A stretch of DNA of 64,000 nt. Origin: Ginglymostoma cirratum (Eukaryota). Shown piece after piece: positions 61,617-64,000 of the stretch. Numbering within the stretch: position 1 is the first letter of the stretch; each line of letters starts with the position of its first letter. The notes beneath the pieces are model-generated. The model was not told the DNA's origin. It ran no database searches and saw only the letters and a program-made list of their open reading frames with translations. The stretch is from assembly GCA_024137785.1 (NCBI GenBank), contig JAHRHZ010000218.1, forward strand, positions 10,005,624 to 10,069,623. Direction: 5' to 3'. Made by a program: the position numbers and the translations under genes.

Positions 61617-64000
61617 TAAGCATCTTCTGACCCAGTTCTTCGGGTATCCGACAACAGGTCAGATGATAACCCCCGATGTTACTCAGCAGGGTAATGAAAC
61701 GTCTGCGGAACGACAAACCAGCTCGGCGAGCCAACCAACCACAAAAATGATTGCCTTTAAAGTTTGAATAAGTATGCACTGACGTAGAAATTCCTTGAGT
61801 TCCCTTCATCTCACGCTGAAATTTGTCACGAGATTGTCAGAAATTTCCAGCCACCAAAAAACGTCAGTGTTTCTGTTCTGCCATTTAAAGTGATGGTGAG
61901 AAATTAAGAAGTATTCCTGTGAAATTTCATGGACTATGTGTCTATTTTACAGTGAAGGTTCCCAAGCTGAACAGTGCTAGCAGGGGAAGGCAGTACCCTC
62001 ACCAGTGGATGGTTGCAATCCACTGAAGTGTGGAACTTGTTGCTCTTTCCTGCTACTATTGGGGCATGATGCTAATGGGAGCCACTGACAGTTATTGGGG
62101 ATTGTGCTTCAGTGATGTGGTGACATGTTGGAGGTCAAGCTGTGTTAAAGCTGCAATGTAGGGATTCACAGAGCTGTGGCACAAGTGGTTACGCTTCTGT
62201 ATTAACCTGTCAGAGGGGATGACGACATCAATGACTGAAATAGCAGTCACACATCAAGTCACACGCAATGAATAGGCCATGTAGTGTGAAAATCCCTGGA
62301 GAGTGTTCCTGCTGTTGTTTATCTACTTGCTGCTGCTCCACTGTGGCATGTGGTGGCAGGGCCGACTCACCACTGGGACAGCTTCGATTCCAGCAGAACA
62401 TGCTATAATTAATCTCAATAAATGTCTCAACACTATAAGTACCTAGATTTTCATGTTTGCTCTTGCAGGACAGTGTTATTCTTACTAATAATGCCGTAGC
62501 ATTCTTCCCAAAGATTGAGATTTCAATTCCTGTGATGGTTACATCATTACTACGAAATTAAAACATTCTTTTTTAAACAGAACATACAAGGCAGAGCTTT
62601 CAATTTTCTGGGAATCATGGCCCTTGAGGTCAGAAGGCCAGCCTACCATAAAATACCAGCCAATCCAAGACTGCTGTCTCTTCAAGGGATCCATTAAGTG
62701 ACCCATGAAGAAAAATGGTTTGTATAGGAACTACTTGTCAGTCACCCATGATTTGCTGCACCATGTAGTCATCCAATGACACACAGGGTCTCAAAGTTTG
62801 TGTCCGCAGAGTTTATGTTCCAGTAGCGTTTGAAAGCTGACACTGATAGCTGGCATTGTTAATCTAATACTGAATTCTATTTGCAGCACAGAAACAGTTC
62901 TTTGAGACGAATAGGTTAATGCCAGTGCTTATGCTCCATATCACATCTTCGAATAAGAATTCATTCGCTTACTTAGCTCCAATACAAGCTAATTTAATAT
63001 AAGAACCAAACTTCCTATCTGGTTATCTTTTGAGTTGTTCCCTTTTCCAATGAATTTGTACATATATATATATGCAATGGTGCCTCTGCTTTTACTTCCC
63101 TGATCTCTTCTCATATGTGTGAATGCAATACATCTGGATCTTTCTAGGGTAGATTGGTTTATCTGTTATGTCCCTCTTTTATAGCTGAAATGTCTTTGCA
63201 TCTGTTCTGAATTTTTCTTATAATTGCACCCATAATCCTAGTTCCACTAGTAAATACTAAAACAATGTTTTTTGCCATTTTATTCTCATTACCTGTGAGC
63301 ATAACATCGAAATTGATTTGAAGCTATCCATATCCTGATTTTCCTTTTGTTATTTAAATATCTACAGAATTTTTCATATTTTTTGATAATTCATTTTGAT
63401 ACTTTCTCTTTGCCTTTATTTCCAAATCTTCCAATTTTCCAAATGGCAGTCTCTTCTTTGTTCTTTGTGTATGTTCTCCTTCAATTTTAATTTTACCCTG
63501 TTTTTATTCATTCACGCATTATTGTTCACTAGATTTTTTTCTTGCTTTTTAATGGGACGTATTTATCTTGTACTGTTTCAATAATTTCTAAAGGTTTCCC
63601 ATTGCTGCTCCATGTCTTTGCTTGTCAGCAAATATCTGTTACATTCAGTTGCAGTTACATTCTCCTCTCCTTGAAATCAGTTTCTTTTGGTCTTCATTTT
63701 ACTTCTATCCTTCTCAGTCTTTTTCTTAGCTCTTATTATGTTATGATCGCTATTGCCTTAATACTTCCCGAAGCTTACTTGTTTTATGTAATCTAATTAA
63801 TTTTCCATTATGCTTCTGTATGTAAATTGTTAGCACCTTGAATTTAGGCTAATATTTGAACATCACCTGGTGTTCAAATGATACCCAGCAACCAGCAACC
63901 AAATGAAAAGTAGTAGACAAGAATAAACAACATTTTTTGTGCAAACTGATTTTAAGAAGTTTAAGCTATTTTTAACGGAAACCAATTAAACCAAATCTCA

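Larger units (their letters stand above)
60841..61745 (-). mobile_element. 5'-truncated Penelope-like retroelement: GIY-YIG endonuclease remnant, 3' pseudo-LTR and inverted partial pLTR at the 5' end
   Basis: Minus-strand NVIYKVPCKDCDKHYIGQTGRKLATTVHEH...HRFNWDNTRILGQ...EFLEVW. Inverted repeats at 60878-60945 and 61675-61742. Probable decayed TSD aatgaataccattaa / aatgattgcctttaa (12 of 15 match). Confidence 0.9.

Noticed and set aside
52159-64000. Next FAT4 exon (rest of laminin-G 1)
   Set aside because: No acceptor followed by a convincing phase-0 LamG continuation was found by eye. The candidate ttctaag|GCAGCT near 59378 hits a stop after four codons and abuts a SINE. The exon is probably beyond the window.
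1-64000. CRISPR array or prokaryotic operon-type system
   Set aside because: There are no regularly spaced direct repeats with unique spacers and no dense ORFs. The sequence is an intron-rich vertebrate gene.

Overview
Vertebrate genomic DNA, most likely a shark or other cartilaginous fish (inferred from the HE1/V-SINE-, DeuSINE-, CR1- and Penelope-type repeat complement). The window lies inside the giant protocadherin gene FAT4 on the + strand. Five coding exons can be read with consistent GT-AG boundaries and phases: 8409-8589, 19997-20247, the 4359-nt exon 26277-30635, 37657-37761 and 51851-52158. They encode late cadherin repeats, EGF-like repeats and the start of laminin-G domain 1. The gene start and end are outside the window. 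The introns are filled with nested transposon debris: CR1-type LINEs, tRNA-derived SINEs, DeuSINE-like copies, Harbinger Myb/SANT remnants and a Gypsy-like LTR. The most striking non-coding signal is a set of four clear and one weaker families of short Penelope-type elements. Each carries a minimal type-I hammerhead-ribozyme motif (CUGANGA, stem II, GAAA, palindromic stem III, NUH). Many form fold-back inverted repeats bounded by 11-15 bp target-site duplications (TSDs). One is attached to a recognisable GIY-YIG endonuclease remnant. There is one 400-N assembly gap, at the centre of one of these palindromes. All coordinates were read by eye; repeat boundaries without a TSD are approximate.
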